Shown: positions 1 to 8,278 of the stretch, piece after piece
Position numbering within the stretch: the stretch's first letter is position 1
Layout of the letters: each line of letters opens with the position of its first letter
IMG/VR virus record: IMGVR_UViG_3300020045_001406
Coordinates: 1 to 33,674 of that record
Strand: one strand, 5' to 3'
Source: a virus
Lineage: Duplodnaviria > Caudoviricetes
Length of the DNA: 33,674 nucleotides
The notes under the pieces: model-generated
Database searches by the model: none
What the model was told of the DNA's origin: nothing
Seen by the model: the letters and a program-made list of their open reading frames with translations, nothing else
Translations under genes and position numbers: made by a program

Positions 1-1
1 A

Positions 2-427
2 GGAATAAAGTATTATCAACCAATAAGTGAAAGTGCAGAACTAGGTTTAAAATTATTAAGAAAGACTATTGATTTTATTAATGATACTAAACCTAAAAAA
101 TGGTTTATTGAAAATCCTAGAGGTTTAATGCGTAAAATTATTGATCCTTTATTTAAAGAAAAAGGAATAACTAATTATCGTAGAGTTACTGTTACTTATT
201 GTCAATATGGTGATTCGAGAATGAAACCTACCGATATATGGACTAATGATTTTGATTGGATTCCTAGACCTATGTGCAAGAATGGAGATAGTTGTCATGA
301 ATCTGCTCCTAGAGGATCTAAAACAGGAACTCAAGGTTTAAAGAACGCTAAAGATAGAGGTGTTATTCCTAGAGAATTATTTATTGAAATTTTCAAAGCT
401 ATTGAGGTTAATAATGTCAATCTTTAA
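2..427 (+). CDS. C5-cytosine DNA methyltransferase, C-terminal part (5'-truncated)
   Basis: Frame is open from position 2 (GIKYYQP...WFIENPRGLMRK). Has the ENP motif VI, YCQYG...KPTDIW and a C-terminal R..IP..L, typical of short phage C5 MTases. AT-rich segment. Confidence 0.75.
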   Translation, partial: GIKYYQPISESAELGLKLLRKTIDFINDTKPKKWFIENPRGLMRKIIDPLFKEKGITNYRRVTVTYCQYGDSRMKPTDIWTNDFDWIPRPMCKNGDSCHESAPRGSKTGTQGLKNAKDRGVIPRELFIEIFKAIEVNNVNL

Positions 428-524
428 ATGTTTAAATTGTAAAGATGATTATAGTAATTGGGAAGAAGATAATGTTAAACTTGGTTGTGTAACGTGTGGT
501 TTATGTGAAGAGTGTTTAAGGTGA
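414..524 (+). CDS. Small Cys-rich (zinc-finger-like) protein, 36 aa
   Basis: Translated by hand: MSIFKCLNCKDD...GCVTCGLCEECLR. GAGGT SD upstream. Fills the gap between neighbouring genes. Confidence 0.5.
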   Translation: MSIFKCLNCKDDYSNWEEDNVKLGCVTCGLCEECLR

Positions 525-530
525 GTTAAA

Positions 531-1004
531 ATGGTTGAATACGTTGAGTTTAAAGATAAAATCTATTGCACTTTACATAGAATCAGCTTTAATAAAGGTT
601 CTAGATGTGTTAAATGCTTCCCTAAAGAGATTCAAACAAATTTAACGAACAATTCACTAACAAATACGAACAATTCACGAAGAGTATATGTCAGGAAGAA
701 TATTGTTGAACGTTTCCACGCTTACAGGGTTAAATTTGAAGCAGATGTTGAATGGTCTATGTTGTTTCAGTATGAAGAGTTTAGTTTGAATAATAATGTT
801 AAATTTAAGCGTATTGACTTTCCTGAAGCAATAGTGAGAGTTTTTCGTAAGTCTATTCTTATTACTATTCGTTCTTCTAAGGAAATTAAAGGGTTGAATG
901 TTAAGGAAGCTAAAGAACGTAGTGATATTATTATTAATAATATGTTTACTGCTTTGTTTAGGCGGTATGAAATACATTCAAGGAATGCAAATGGCGGAAT
1001 ATAA
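531..1004 (+). CDS. Hypothetical protein; C-terminus probably chimeric after ~935
   Basis: AGGTGA SD, N-terminal C-x2-H/C-x2-C. Composition and the apparent coding frame change near 930-950. Confidence 0.45.
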   Translation: MVEYVEFKDKIYCTLHRISFNKGSRCVKCFPKEIQTNLTNNSLTNTNNSRRVYVRKNIVERFHAYRVKFEADVEWSMLFQYEEFSLNNNVKFKRIDFPEAIVRVFRKSILITIRSSKEIKGLNVKEAKERSDIIINNMFTALFRRYEIHSRNANGGI

Positions 1005-1213
1005 ACAGCAGATGGAATTAAAAGAAAAAGAGAAGATTCAAAAGTGGATAAAACAAGCGACTAAGGAGGCGCGCGATGAGCAGTAAATTCCCTCCCGGGG
1101 CATATACCAAAAACGTGTGCTTCGACGAAAACGGGGCATTGAAACTGCAGGAAGGGTGTAGTGAGGGAACGTATGTAAGCCCGGTTGTTGATGTTACCAA
1201 AAGGAGGATCGCG

Positions 1214-1591
1214 ATGAGCGGGGAGATTGATGCGTTGGTGGCTGAGCATATCATGGGGTGGGCAAAAAGAGTTATTCAAGTCACCGAAGACTACAGCACA
1301 GAAATTTGGGAAGACAAGGAAGGATACACAGCAAGCGTAGAGTTTTTTAATCCATCTTCATGCATTGCCGCAGCGTGGGAGGTTGTGGAGAGGATGATGC
1401 AAACCCCTTGTGCTGATGGGGACCACTATATATTTGAATTATCGGCCATGACCGGGGCATCGAGCGCAACGCAGACATTCAACATTCTAGTTACGATAGT
1501 TGTTACAGGCACTATCACGGACCACGGCTGTTTAATGAGCGCTCGGTTGCTCAATGCCGCTGCGACCGGCGTAACAATGGCTGCTGCGTGA
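1214..1591 (+). CDS. Phage ABA-sandwich-like (BC1872-type) fragment fused in frame to an unrelated C-terminus
   Basis: Strong SD AAGGAGG before ATG 1214. EIDALVAEHIMGW...FNPSSCIAAAWEVVERM is typical of this family. After ~1447 the sequence switches to a Thr/Ala-rich beta-type segment. Confidence 0.45.
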   Translation: MSGEIDALVAEHIMGWAKRVIQVTEDYSTEIWEDKEGYTASVEFFNPSSCIAAAWEVVERMMQTPCADGDHYIFELSAMTGASSATQTFNILVTIVVTGTITDHGCLMSARLLNAAATGVTMAAA

Positions 1592-2142
1592 TGGTTGATC
1601 TTGGCTTACTCAAGGCAAAGAACCTTGATCGCTGGGAAAACGCTGAATTAACCCGCGCTTACGAATTTGTCCCTGTTGCAAGACGGCTGGTGGCTGCAAA
1701 GATACGCTATAAATCTGTTGAAGCAAAAACCGGCGTGCCTTGGTTCTTTATAGCGGTTACGCACCAGCGCGAAAGTTCGCAGCGGTGGGACCGTAGCCTA
1801 GCGCAAGGCGACCCGTGGGACAGAATCTCTACCCATGTTCCAAAGGGACGCGGCCCGTTCACTAGCTGGGAGGCGGCGGCAATCGACGCGCTAGTAAATT
1901 GCTCGCCCTATGCGGCCCGCAATAAAGATTGGTCCGTTGGCGGCCTACTCACGATGCTGGAACAATATAACGGGCTTGGGTATGCGAACAAAGGTATCCC
2001 GTCGCCCTACGTTTGGTCAGGCACGGATCAATATGAACGTGGCAAGTATGTAGCTGACGGCGTGTTTGATAGAAACGCGGTGGATAAGCAACTAGGGTGC
2101 GCCGGGTTGATCTTGGCAATGAAGGAACTAGAAAATGACTGA
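1591..2142 (+). CDS. Lysozyme-family protein (COG5526-like peptidoglycan hydrolase)
   Basis: Motifs GVPWFFIAVTHQRESS, LAQGDP, HVPKGRGPF, LEQYNGLGY, SPYVWSGT..Y..GKYVADG.FD...VDKQLGCA. Confidence 0.75.
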   Translation: MVDLGLLKAKNLDRWENAELTRAYEFVPVARRLVAAKIRYKSVEAKTGVPWFFIAVTHQRESSQRWDRSLAQGDPWDRISTHVPKGRGPFTSWEAAAIDALVNCSPYAARNKDWSVGGLLTMLEQYNGLGYANKGIPSPYVWSGTDQYERGKYVADGVFDRNAVDKQLGCAGLILAMKELEND

Positions 2143-2860
2143 TACCGCATCCGCCCCCGTGTCCGCAGCCTCTGCGCTGATGGCCGACCCTTCCGCTGCG
2201 CCCGTTGTGGCCGCCGTGGCTGCCGCGGCCCCTGTGGTCGCTGACCCGGCTGCCCCCGCGCCTGCTGCCGATCCTGCTGCTCCCGCTGCCGTCGCGCCTC
2301 TGGTGATGCCCGGCAAGGACGCCACGCCCGAGCAGTGGTCCGAGTTTTACGCGGCCATCGGTCGGCCCGAGACGCCGGACAAATACGAGTTGCCCGTGCC
2401 CGAAGGCGACACCGGCGAGTTCGCCAAGGAGATGGCGCCCATCCTGCACAAGCACGGCATCACTGCCGATCAGGCCAAGGGGCTGGCTGCCGACTGGAAT
2501 GCCATGGCGGCCAAGTACGCCGAGCGCATGGACACCGACGCGACGGCGGCTGCTGCTGCGGAGGCCCAGGCCACGAACGCACGGAACACCGCCGAGGCTA
2601 CCGCCCTGCAGAACGAGTGGGGCCAGGCTCACGCCGAGAACCTGGAAATGGCCCGGCGCGCGATCCGTCAGTTCATGCCTGGTGAGAAGGCTGGCGCCAC
2701 CATTGCGGCCATTGAGGGAGTGCTGGGCTACAAGGGCGCGATCCAGTTCCTGCACGGCATCGGCAAGGGTATGGCCGAAAGCGACGCGGCAGGCATGGGA
2801 AGCAATAACGCAGGCGTTGCCACGAAGTCTCTGGCTGAGCGTTTGTGGCCCAACGGCTAA
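2135..2860 (+). CDS. Capsid assembly scaffolding protein
   Basis: Ala/Pro-rich N-terminus, IGRPETPDKYEL motif, L..EWG...ENLEMARRA, C-terminal LAERLWP. Lies directly upstream of the major capsid gene. Confidence 0.8.
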   Translation: MTDTASAPVSAASALMADPSAAPVVAAVAAAAPVVADPAAPAPAADPAAPAAVAPLVMPGKDATPEQWSEFYAAIGRPETPDKYELPVPEGDTGEFAKEMAPILHKHGITADQAKGLAADWNAMAAKYAERMDTDATAAAAAEAQATNARNTAEATALQNEWGQAHAENLEMARRAIRQFMPGEKAGATIAAIEGVLGYKGAIQFLHGIGKGMAESDAAGMGSNNAGVATKSLAERLWPNG

Positions 2861-2882
2861 CCCGTTGTAATCACGCAACAAG

Positions 2883-2911
2883 GCCCGGCTGAGTCCGGGC
2901 TTTTTTCTTTT
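2883..2911 (+). terminator. Rho-independent terminator
   Basis: GCCCGG-CTGAGT-CCGGGC hairpin followed by TTTTTTCTTTT. Confidence 0.8.
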
Positions 2912-2921
2912 AGGCGTTGCA

Positions 2922-2950
2922 TTGATGGCGTGTGGCTTTTCGGGTACATT
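2922..2950 (+). promoter_or_regulatory. Sigma70-like promoter for the capsid operon
   Basis: TTGATG (2922-2927), N17, TACATT (2945-2950), just after the terminator. Confidence 0.5.
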
Positions 2951-2960
2951 CCCAGTCGAT

Positions 2961-2979
2961 TGATGTGGTTTTCTCACCA
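2961..2979. promoter_or_regulatory. 19-bp palindromic operator copy
   Basis: TGATGTG-GTTTT-CTCACCA. 2961-2981 is the reverse complement of 20904-20924 with one mismatch. Confidence 0.65.
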
Positions 2980-3057
2980 CGGTGCTAAAAACCCAAGCGG
3001 GGTACAGGCCGCGCGACTGCATCGAGTGACCCCGTAACATTCTCTTGGAGCTACACA

Positions 3058-4107
3058 ATGGCAACACTCCCCAGCAAAGCAGGCGCGGTCACGTTGAATG
3101 ACTTCGCCAAGTCCATCGACCCCAATGGCTCCGTCGCCTCGACGATCGAGCTGCTGAACCAGACTAATGAAGTCCTGCAGGATATGACCTGGATCGAGGG
3201 CAATCTGCCCACCGGTCACCAGTCAACCGTCCGCACCGGCATCCCCACCCCCACCTGGCGCAAGCTGTACGGCGGCGTTCCTCCGTCCAAGAGCACGCGT
3301 GCTCAGGTCGTTGACACCTGCGGTTTCCTGGAAGCGCGCAACGAGATCGACGTGAAGGTCGCCGGCCTCAATGGCAACACGGCAGCCTTCCGCATGTCTG
3401 AGGCCATGTCCGAAATCGAGGGCATGAACCAGGCTCTCGGCGAGGCCTTGATCTATGGCGACACTTCCGTGAACCCTGAGCGCTTCACCGGCCTGACGCC
3501 GCGCTACAACTCGCTGTCTGTCTCGATCCCTTCGAGCGGCAACATCATCGACGCTGGCGGCACCGGCACTGACAACACCTCGGTGTGGCTGGTCGTGTGG
3601 GGTGAAAACACCATCACCGGCATCTATCCGAAGGGCTCGTCTGCCGGTCTTGAGCACAAGGACCTCGGCGAGATCGACGCCTTCGACGGCAGCAACAACC
3701 GCTACCGCGCCGTGTCCGATCTGTGGCGCTGGGACTGCGGTCTGGCCGTGCGTGACTGGCGCTATGCTGTGCGTATCGCCAACATCGACGTGTCCGACCT
3801 CGTGGGCCAGACCGGCACGCAGGCCGCCACCGCTTCGACCTCGCTGATGAAGACGATGATCCGCGCTATGGCCCGCATCCCAATGATGGGCATGGGCCGT
3901 CCGGTGTTCTACGCCTCCCGCACCGTGAAGGAATACCTGGGCGTCGCCGCTCTGGACAAGTCAAACGCCGCGCTGGCCGTGCAGCCCGCCATCAACCAGT
4001 TCGGCACGGTCGCCCCTGGTTCCGTGAACAACGGCACCACGACCTTCCTGGGCATCCCCGTCCGCACGGTTGATCGTTTGTTGAGCACTGAAGCTCGCGT
4101 GGTCTGA
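3058..4107 (+). CDS. Major capsid protein (BPP-1 Bbp17-like, HK97 fold)
   Basis: IELLNQTNEVLQDM..IEGNLPTGH...VRTGIP..TWRKLYGGV.PSKS, F.GL.PRYNS, DNTSVWLVVWG, GL.VRDWRY.VRIANID, FLGIPVR.VD.LL.TEARVV. Confidence 0.93.
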   Translation: MATLPSKAGAVTLNDFAKSIDPNGSVASTIELLNQTNEVLQDMTWIEGNLPTGHQSTVRTGIPTPTWRKLYGGVPPSKSTRAQVVDTCGFLEARNEIDVKVAGLNGNTAAFRMSEAMSEIEGMNQALGEALIYGDTSVNPERFTGLTPRYNSLSVSIPSSGNIIDAGGTGTDNTSVWLVVWGENTITGIYPKGSSAGLEHKDLGEIDAFDGSNNRYRAVSDLWRWDCGLAVRDWRYAVRIANIDVSDLVGQTGTQAATASTSLMKTMIRAMARIPMMGMGRPVFYASRTVKEYLGVAALDKSNAALAVQPAINQFGTVAPGSVNNGTTTFLGIPVRTVDRLLSTEARVV

Positions 4108-4134
4108 TCCCCATAATTTACTGAGGAACCCATC

Positions 4135-4566
4135 ATGATCCTTGACTCTCAAATGCAACTCTCCGCGGCTCAGGCCGTGACTGCGCTCGGCGATACCGCC
4201 TCCACCAACGTGTACGACACCGGCGCTGCTGCTGACGTGGGCGCGGGTGAAGAGCAGTACGTCTTCGTGCGTACCGTGGCGGCCTTCACGACTGCCGCTG
4301 GTGGCACCTTGCAGATCGTTCTGCAGGACTCCGCTGACAACAGCTCGTGGGCTGACGTGAATGTACTGAGCCCGGTGACGGCTGTGGCCGCGCTGACGGC
4401 CAACACCACCCAGGTTCGCGCCCGCTTCCCGATTGGCCTGCGTCGCTACCTGCGCATCGCCTACCGTGTCGCTACTGGCGTCATGACTGGCGGTACCGTG
4501 GACGCCTACTTCGGAAGCGAAGTCCAGGCCAACACGTCCTACCCTAGCGGCTTCACCGTCGCTTGA
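4135..4566 (+). CDS. Capsid cement protein (Bbp16-like)
   Basis: MILD...LS.AQAVT...STNV.D, LQDSADNSSW, RRYLRI.Y.V. Follows the capsid gene as in BPP-1. Confidence 0.85.
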   Translation: MILDSQMQLSAAQAVTALGDTASTNVYDTGAAADVGAGEEQYVFVRTVAAFTTAAGGTLQIVLQDSADNSSWADVNVLSPVTAVAALTANTTQVRARFPIGLRRYLRIAYRVATGVMTGGTVDAYFGSEVQANTSYPSGFTVA

Positions 4567-4568
4567 TC

Positions 4569-4763
4569 ATGAAAGTCGTCGCAACTGAAAAGGGCTACCT
4601 CGGATGGATTCGAGAGCCTGGCGACGAGTTCGACGTGCCTGAAGGGGTGACCGGCAGCTGGTTCAAGCCAGTGGCCGAGCCTCCCAAGGCAGAGCCGGCT
4701 AAACCCAAGGGGAAGGGCAAGACGCCCGACCCTGCCGGCGACGACGACGAACCGATCATCTAA
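4569..4763 (+). CDS. Small head-associated hypothetical protein
   Basis: MKVVATEKGY.G.IREPGDEF.V...GSWFKPV with a Lys/Pro tail, a common small gene after capsid genes. Confidence 0.7.
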   Translation: MKVVATEKGYLGWIREPGDEFDVPEGVTGSWFKPVAEPPKAEPAKPKGKGKTPDPAGDDDEPII

Positions 4764-4765
4764 CA

Positions 4766-4790
4766 GCAGGCTCCACTCGGAGCCTGTTTA
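4766..4790 (+). terminator. Stem-loop, probable leaky terminator
   Basis: CAGGCTCC-ACTC-GGAGCCTG followed by only TTTA. Confidence 0.5.
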
Positions 4791-4805
4791 CCAAGCGAGG
4801 CACCC

Positions 4806-5153
4806 ATGACAACGATTGCGCACACGCGACAAGACACCAAGAACTCCCGCACCATCCTGGTGGCGTGGAATGCTCTGCAGAACGGCGACGACGGCGACGC
4901 CATCCCGTTTTCCCAATATGCCGACAAGAGCGTGCAGGTGACCGGCGTCTTCGGCGTGGGCGGTGTCGTCACCTTTGAGGGCTCGAATGATGGCGTGAAC
5001 TACTCGCCTCTGACCGACGCCCAGGGCAACGACCTGAACTTCGGCACGTCCAAAATCGAGATCGTCTGCGAGGCAACCTACCGGGTGCGCCCCCGCGTCA
5101 CGGCTGGCGATGGCACGACGAGCGTTTCTGTAATCCTTTTGGCTCGGGAGTGA
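4806..5153 (+). CDS. Putative virion decoration protein (beta-rich)
   Basis: GAGG SD. SVQVTG.FG.GG.V.FEGSNDG.N...L and VRPRVT.GDG motifs. Confidence 0.65.
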   Translation: MTTIAHTRQDTKNSRTILVAWNALQNGDDGDAIPFSQYADKSVQVTGVFGVGGVVTFEGSNDGVNYSPLTDAQGNDLNFGTSKIEIVCEATYRVRPRVTAGDGTTSVSVILLARE

Positions 5154-5632
5154 CCATGAGTAACACCTATTTGCAAGCAGCCGACGACGCCCGTCGCCTC
5201 CTGCGCGGCTTTGCTGCCGTCAAGGAACTGGCCGACGCCTTCGAGGCCGTGGGCTCCATCGAACAGGCCCGGCTTGAGGCTGAGGTGGCTCTGGCTGCCG
5301 TGACCCCCAAGCTTGCCGACGCGGCTGCGCAGATCGCGCGGGCTGAGAAAGCCTTGCTCGATGCGAACATCGACGCGCTCCTGGTGGCGGCTGATGCCAA
5401 GACCGCAGCGGATGAAGTGCTGGCCGCGGCGCACGCCAAGGCAGACTTGGTTCTGGCTTCGTCTGACGCGCTGGTGGATCGGGCCAAGGCCCAGGCCGAC
5501 ACGATCGTTCTGGAGGCTGAAGCGCGGGCACTGTCGGTGGCCGAGACCCGCGACAAGCTGGCGCTGGAGGTGGCTGATCTGGAGCTTCGGGCTTCGGACG
5601 CACGCGCCTATCTCGCCAAGCTGCAGGGGTAA
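5150..5632 (+). CDS. Ala-rich coiled-coil protein
   Basis: Coupled to the upstream gene by a GTGA overlap; helical Ala/Leu/Glu composition. Confidence 0.65.
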   Translation: MTMSNTYLQAADDARRLLRGFAAVKELADAFEAVGSIEQARLEAEVALAAVTPKLADAAAQIARAEKALLDANIDALLVAADAKTAADEVLAAAHAKADLVLASSDALVDRAKAQADTIVLEAEARALSVAETRDKLALEVADLELRASDARAYLAKLQG

Positions 5633-5635
5633 GCC

Positions 5636-6070
5636 ATGCCGACCACATCCTATGTAAAAGTCACCACCGCGAACGAAGACCTCGCGGAAGGCATCAACTC
5701 CGGCACGGATCAGTGGGCCATCGCCCTGTCCGCGTCTGTCCCTGCCTCCAAGGTGTTCACCTCGGGCACCACCGATCTAGCCACCTCTGGCGGCTATACG
5801 GCAGGCGGCGCCAACGTCAGCACCACGTCATCCGGCATGAACGCCTCGGACTTCGTACTGGTGCTGGCCGATCCTTCCGTCTGGACGGGCTCCGGTGGCG
5901 GCTTCACGTTCCGCTACGCCCTGCTGGTCAACAAGACCGTACTGCAAGGCGCCCAGGGTACCGTGATGGGCTACTGGGACTATGGCTCGGCGCAGGCTGT
6001 GGCCGCTGGCGAGACCGTGACCGTGGACCTCGACCAGACCGCCACTGTCGGCGTGTTCAAGATCACATAA
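5636..6070 (+). CDS. Putative structural/fibre-associated protein
   Basis: GGYTAGG, LVLADP..WT.SGG...FRYA.L.N, GYWDYGS...VAAGET.TVD; codon usage like neighbouring late genes. Confidence 0.7.
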   Translation: MPTTSYVKVTTANEDLAEGINSGTDQWAIALSASVPASKVFTSGTTDLATSGGYTAGGANVSTTSSGMNASDFVLVLADPSVWTGSGGGFTFRYALLVNKTVLQGAQGTVMGYWDYGSAQAVAAGETVTVDLDQTATVGVFKIT

Positions 6071-6074
6071 AGCC

Positions 6075-7262
6075 ATGCTGCTCCTCACCTCCACTAGCGA
6101 TTTGGTCCGGCTGACCACGGGCACGGCAACGACAACCATCGAGGTGCACACGTCGTATGTGGACGTGAGTGGCACCACGATCACGCCGGGTCGCACCAAC
6201 ACCCGCATCACCACCGCGGCGACGACCACCATCGTGGCCAGCCCAGCAGCCAGCACCCAGCGCAACGTCAAGGCGATCTACGTCACCAACAACAGCGCGG
6301 GCACAAGCTGCGTGGTCGGCATCGAGCACACTGACGGCACTAACGCGGTCGAGCTGATGCAGTTCGTGCTGCTCCCCGGCGAAAATATGGGCTACCGCGA
6401 GGACGGATCGTGGGTCCACCGCGACAGCCAGGGCGCCGAGTACCCGGCTGCGGGCTTGGGCAGCTACGGCGGCAAGTCGATCCCGTTCATGAAGACCGGC
6501 ACCGCGCCAGACGTGATCGGCTGCTGGTACTGCACCAGCAAGGACGCTGGCTATCCCGGCGCCTGGGCTGTCGGTACGCCTGGTGTGAATGGCCGCGTCA
6601 CGGACGGCACGACCGCGGCCGACTATGGCTGCATCCCGATTCCCAACGCAGCAACCGGCGCCAACTACCTGACTGCGCTGGAGATGGCGTCCAGCGTCAA
6701 CCACACCAACGACTTCTTTGATGTGCTGTGGGTGAACAGCGGCCTGGTGGTCACGACGACGACGGCGCAGGCCATCACGACCCCAACACTGCCAGCACGC
6801 GACATCAACGGCACAACAGCGGGCGAAGGCTGCACGATCGCACTGCTGGTCACCACGGTATTGACCAACGCCGCAGCCAATGCGGGCATCACGGTCACAT
6901 ACACGAACAGCAAGGGCGTCGGCTCTCGCGTCGCCACGCTGTCAGCCATCGCAGGCTCACAGCTCCCCGCCACGGCAGTCGTCGGCACCATCATCTGGTT
7001 CCAGCTGGCGGCTGGCGACACTGGTGTCCAGTCCATTCAAAGCTGCACGCTCACCACGACGTTGCTGACCGGCGCGATCTCGCTGATGATCTGCCGCGAC
7101 ATATCGACGATCGGAACCGCCGTGGTCAACGTCAGCACCCCCAAGCTGATCGGCTCGCCCGGCATCCGTTTGTTCAATGGCTCGTGCCTGCTGCACAACA
7201 TTCTGTGCAGTGCGGCCACGGCCACGTTCTTCTCGGGTAGCCTGGCTGTGATGGAGAAATGA
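6075..7262 (+). CDS. Thr-rich beta-structured virion protein (fibre/spike-like)
   Basis: 395-aa ORF tightly packed in the late operon; Thr/Gly/Val-rich. Confidence 0.7.
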   Translation: MLLLTSTSDLVRLTTGTATTTIEVHTSYVDVSGTTITPGRTNTRITTAATTTIVASPAASTQRNVKAIYVTNNSAGTSCVVGIEHTDGTNAVELMQFVLLPGENMGYREDGSWVHRDSQGAEYPAAGLGSYGGKSIPFMKTGTAPDVIGCWYCTSKDAGYPGAWAVGTPGVNGRVTDGTTAADYGCIPIPNAATGANYLTALEMASSVNHTNDFFDVLWVNSGLVVTTTTAQAITTPTLPARDINGTTAGEGCTIALLVTTVLTNAAANAGITVTYTNSKGVGSRVATLSAIAGSQLPATAVVGTIIWFQLAAGDTGVQSIQSCTLTTTLLTGAISLMICRDISTIGTAVVNVSTPKLIGSPGIRLFNGSCLLHNILCSAATATFFSGSLAVMEK

Positions 7263-7263
7263 C

Positions 7264-7437
7264 ATGGTCATCATTGGTACCATCAACGGGGTTGTCGATA
7301 TCTGCGTCAGCATCACGCCAGACCAATGGGAAACCGTGCAGGCCATGTATCCCGACCACCTGCTGTTCGGGCGGATTGGCGACGAGGACATCGGTTGGCT
7401 GTTTGATGGCGTGAGCTTCATCCCCCCTGTGGGCTAA
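7264..7437 (+). CDS. Small fibre-assembly-chaperone-like protein, 57 aa (not in ORF track)
   Basis: Translated by hand: MVIIGTINGVVDICV...DIGWLFDGVSFIPPVG. IGWxxDGxxFxxP motif; GGAG SD; fills the intergenic gap exactly. Confidence 0.65.
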   Translation: MVIIGTINGVVDICVSITPDQWETVQAMYPDHLLFGRIGDEDIGWLFDGVSFIPPVG

Positions 7438-7440
7438 CCC

Positions 7441-8226
7441 ATGGCGCTGCTCGGCTGGTTCGACGGCGAGCTTCGGCCTGACGCTTGGTTTGACGCCGAG
7501 CTTCAACCCGCGGCCTGGTTCGACACGGAGATCGTTGACACCTCCACCGGTTCCGCGGGCGTCTACACGCTCACGGCACAAGGTGGAACCTACGCGCTCT
7601 CCGGCCAAAGCGCGGGGCTCCTTCGCTCCAAACGACTGACGGCATCTGCTGGCGCCTACGCGCTGGCTGGGCAGGCCGTAGTCCTCAAGCGCTCGCGCCT
7701 GGTGACCGCAAGTGGCGGGGCTTATTCGCTGACGGGCCAAAGCGCCACTGTCCTGCGGTCCAAGCGCATCGTGGCATCTGGGGGTATTTACGGGCTCGCT
7801 GGTCAGGCTGCTGTGCTGCGGCGGTCCAAGCTTCTGTCGGCCTCTGGCGGGGCTTACGCATTCGCTGGACAGCTGGTTACGCTGACCTACACCGCGGGTG
7901 CCGTGGGTTACACCCTCATCGCTCAGGGCGGGGCCTACAGCCTGAGTGGGCAACCGGCCACACTCTCGCGCAACCGCAAGCTGTCGGCGGCTGGCGGTTC
8001 TTACTCACTCACAGGTCAAAGCGTGAACCTCTACCGAGGCCGCGCGCTGACGGCATCCGGGGGTCTGTATGCCTATGTCGGCAGTTCGATCATCATCACC
8101 AAGAGCGGCATGGTCTGGCCAACACCGGCTGACGTGAAGCTCGGTGTGCAGTACGGGCCGACCGGCGTCGAGTACACAGGGACACTCACGGGCGGCGGCG
8201 GCAGCGTTTTCCTGCGACGGCGCTAG
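7441..8226 (+). CDS. Repeat-containing fibre-like protein
   Basis: Three WFD repeats with 11-aa period, eight ~22-aa repeats (LTASGGAYSLTGQSA.L.RS.R), and C-terminal P.PADVK.GV.YGPTG.EYTGTL. Confidence 0.7.
   Translation: MALLGWFDGELRPDAWFDAELQPAAWFDTEIVDTSTGSAGVYTLTAQGGTYALSGQSAGLLRSKRLTASAGAYALAGQAVVLKRSRLVTASGGAYSLTGQSATVLRSKRIVASGGIYGLAGQAAVLRRSKLLSASGGAYAFAGQLVTLTYTAGAVGYTLIAQGGAYSLSGQPATLSRNRKLSAAGGSYSLTGQSVNLYRGRALTASGGLYAYVGSSIIITKSGMVWPTPADVKLGVQYGPTGVEYTGTLTGGGGSVFLRRR
7564..8106 (+). repeat. Degenerate ~66-bp coding tandem repeat (8 units)
   Basis: Periodicity visible in the translation (GGxYxLxGQ every 22 aa). Confidence 0.75.
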
Positions 8227-8240
8227 ACCCTTGGTGCGTT

Positions 8241-8259
8241 TGGTGCGAAAATCAAACCC
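8241..8259. promoter_or_regulatory. Degenerate operator copy upstream of tail genes
   Basis: TGGTGCG-AAAAT-CAAACCC. The left half also forms an inverted repeat with TTCGCACCA at 8271-8279. Confidence 0.4.
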
Positions 8260-8278
8260 ACATTGAGGACTTCGCACC

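Noticed and set aside
1076-1591. A genuine 171-aa multidomain protein
   Set aside because: Has an internal strong SD plus ATG at 1214 and abrupt changes in sequence character; more likely in-frame joined fragments.
2862-2880. Extra operator copies with a 4-bp spacer (CGTTGTA-ATCA-CGCAACA here; similar near 33098 and 26220)
   Set aside because: Half-sites look right but the spacing is one base shorter than the main set, so they were not counted.
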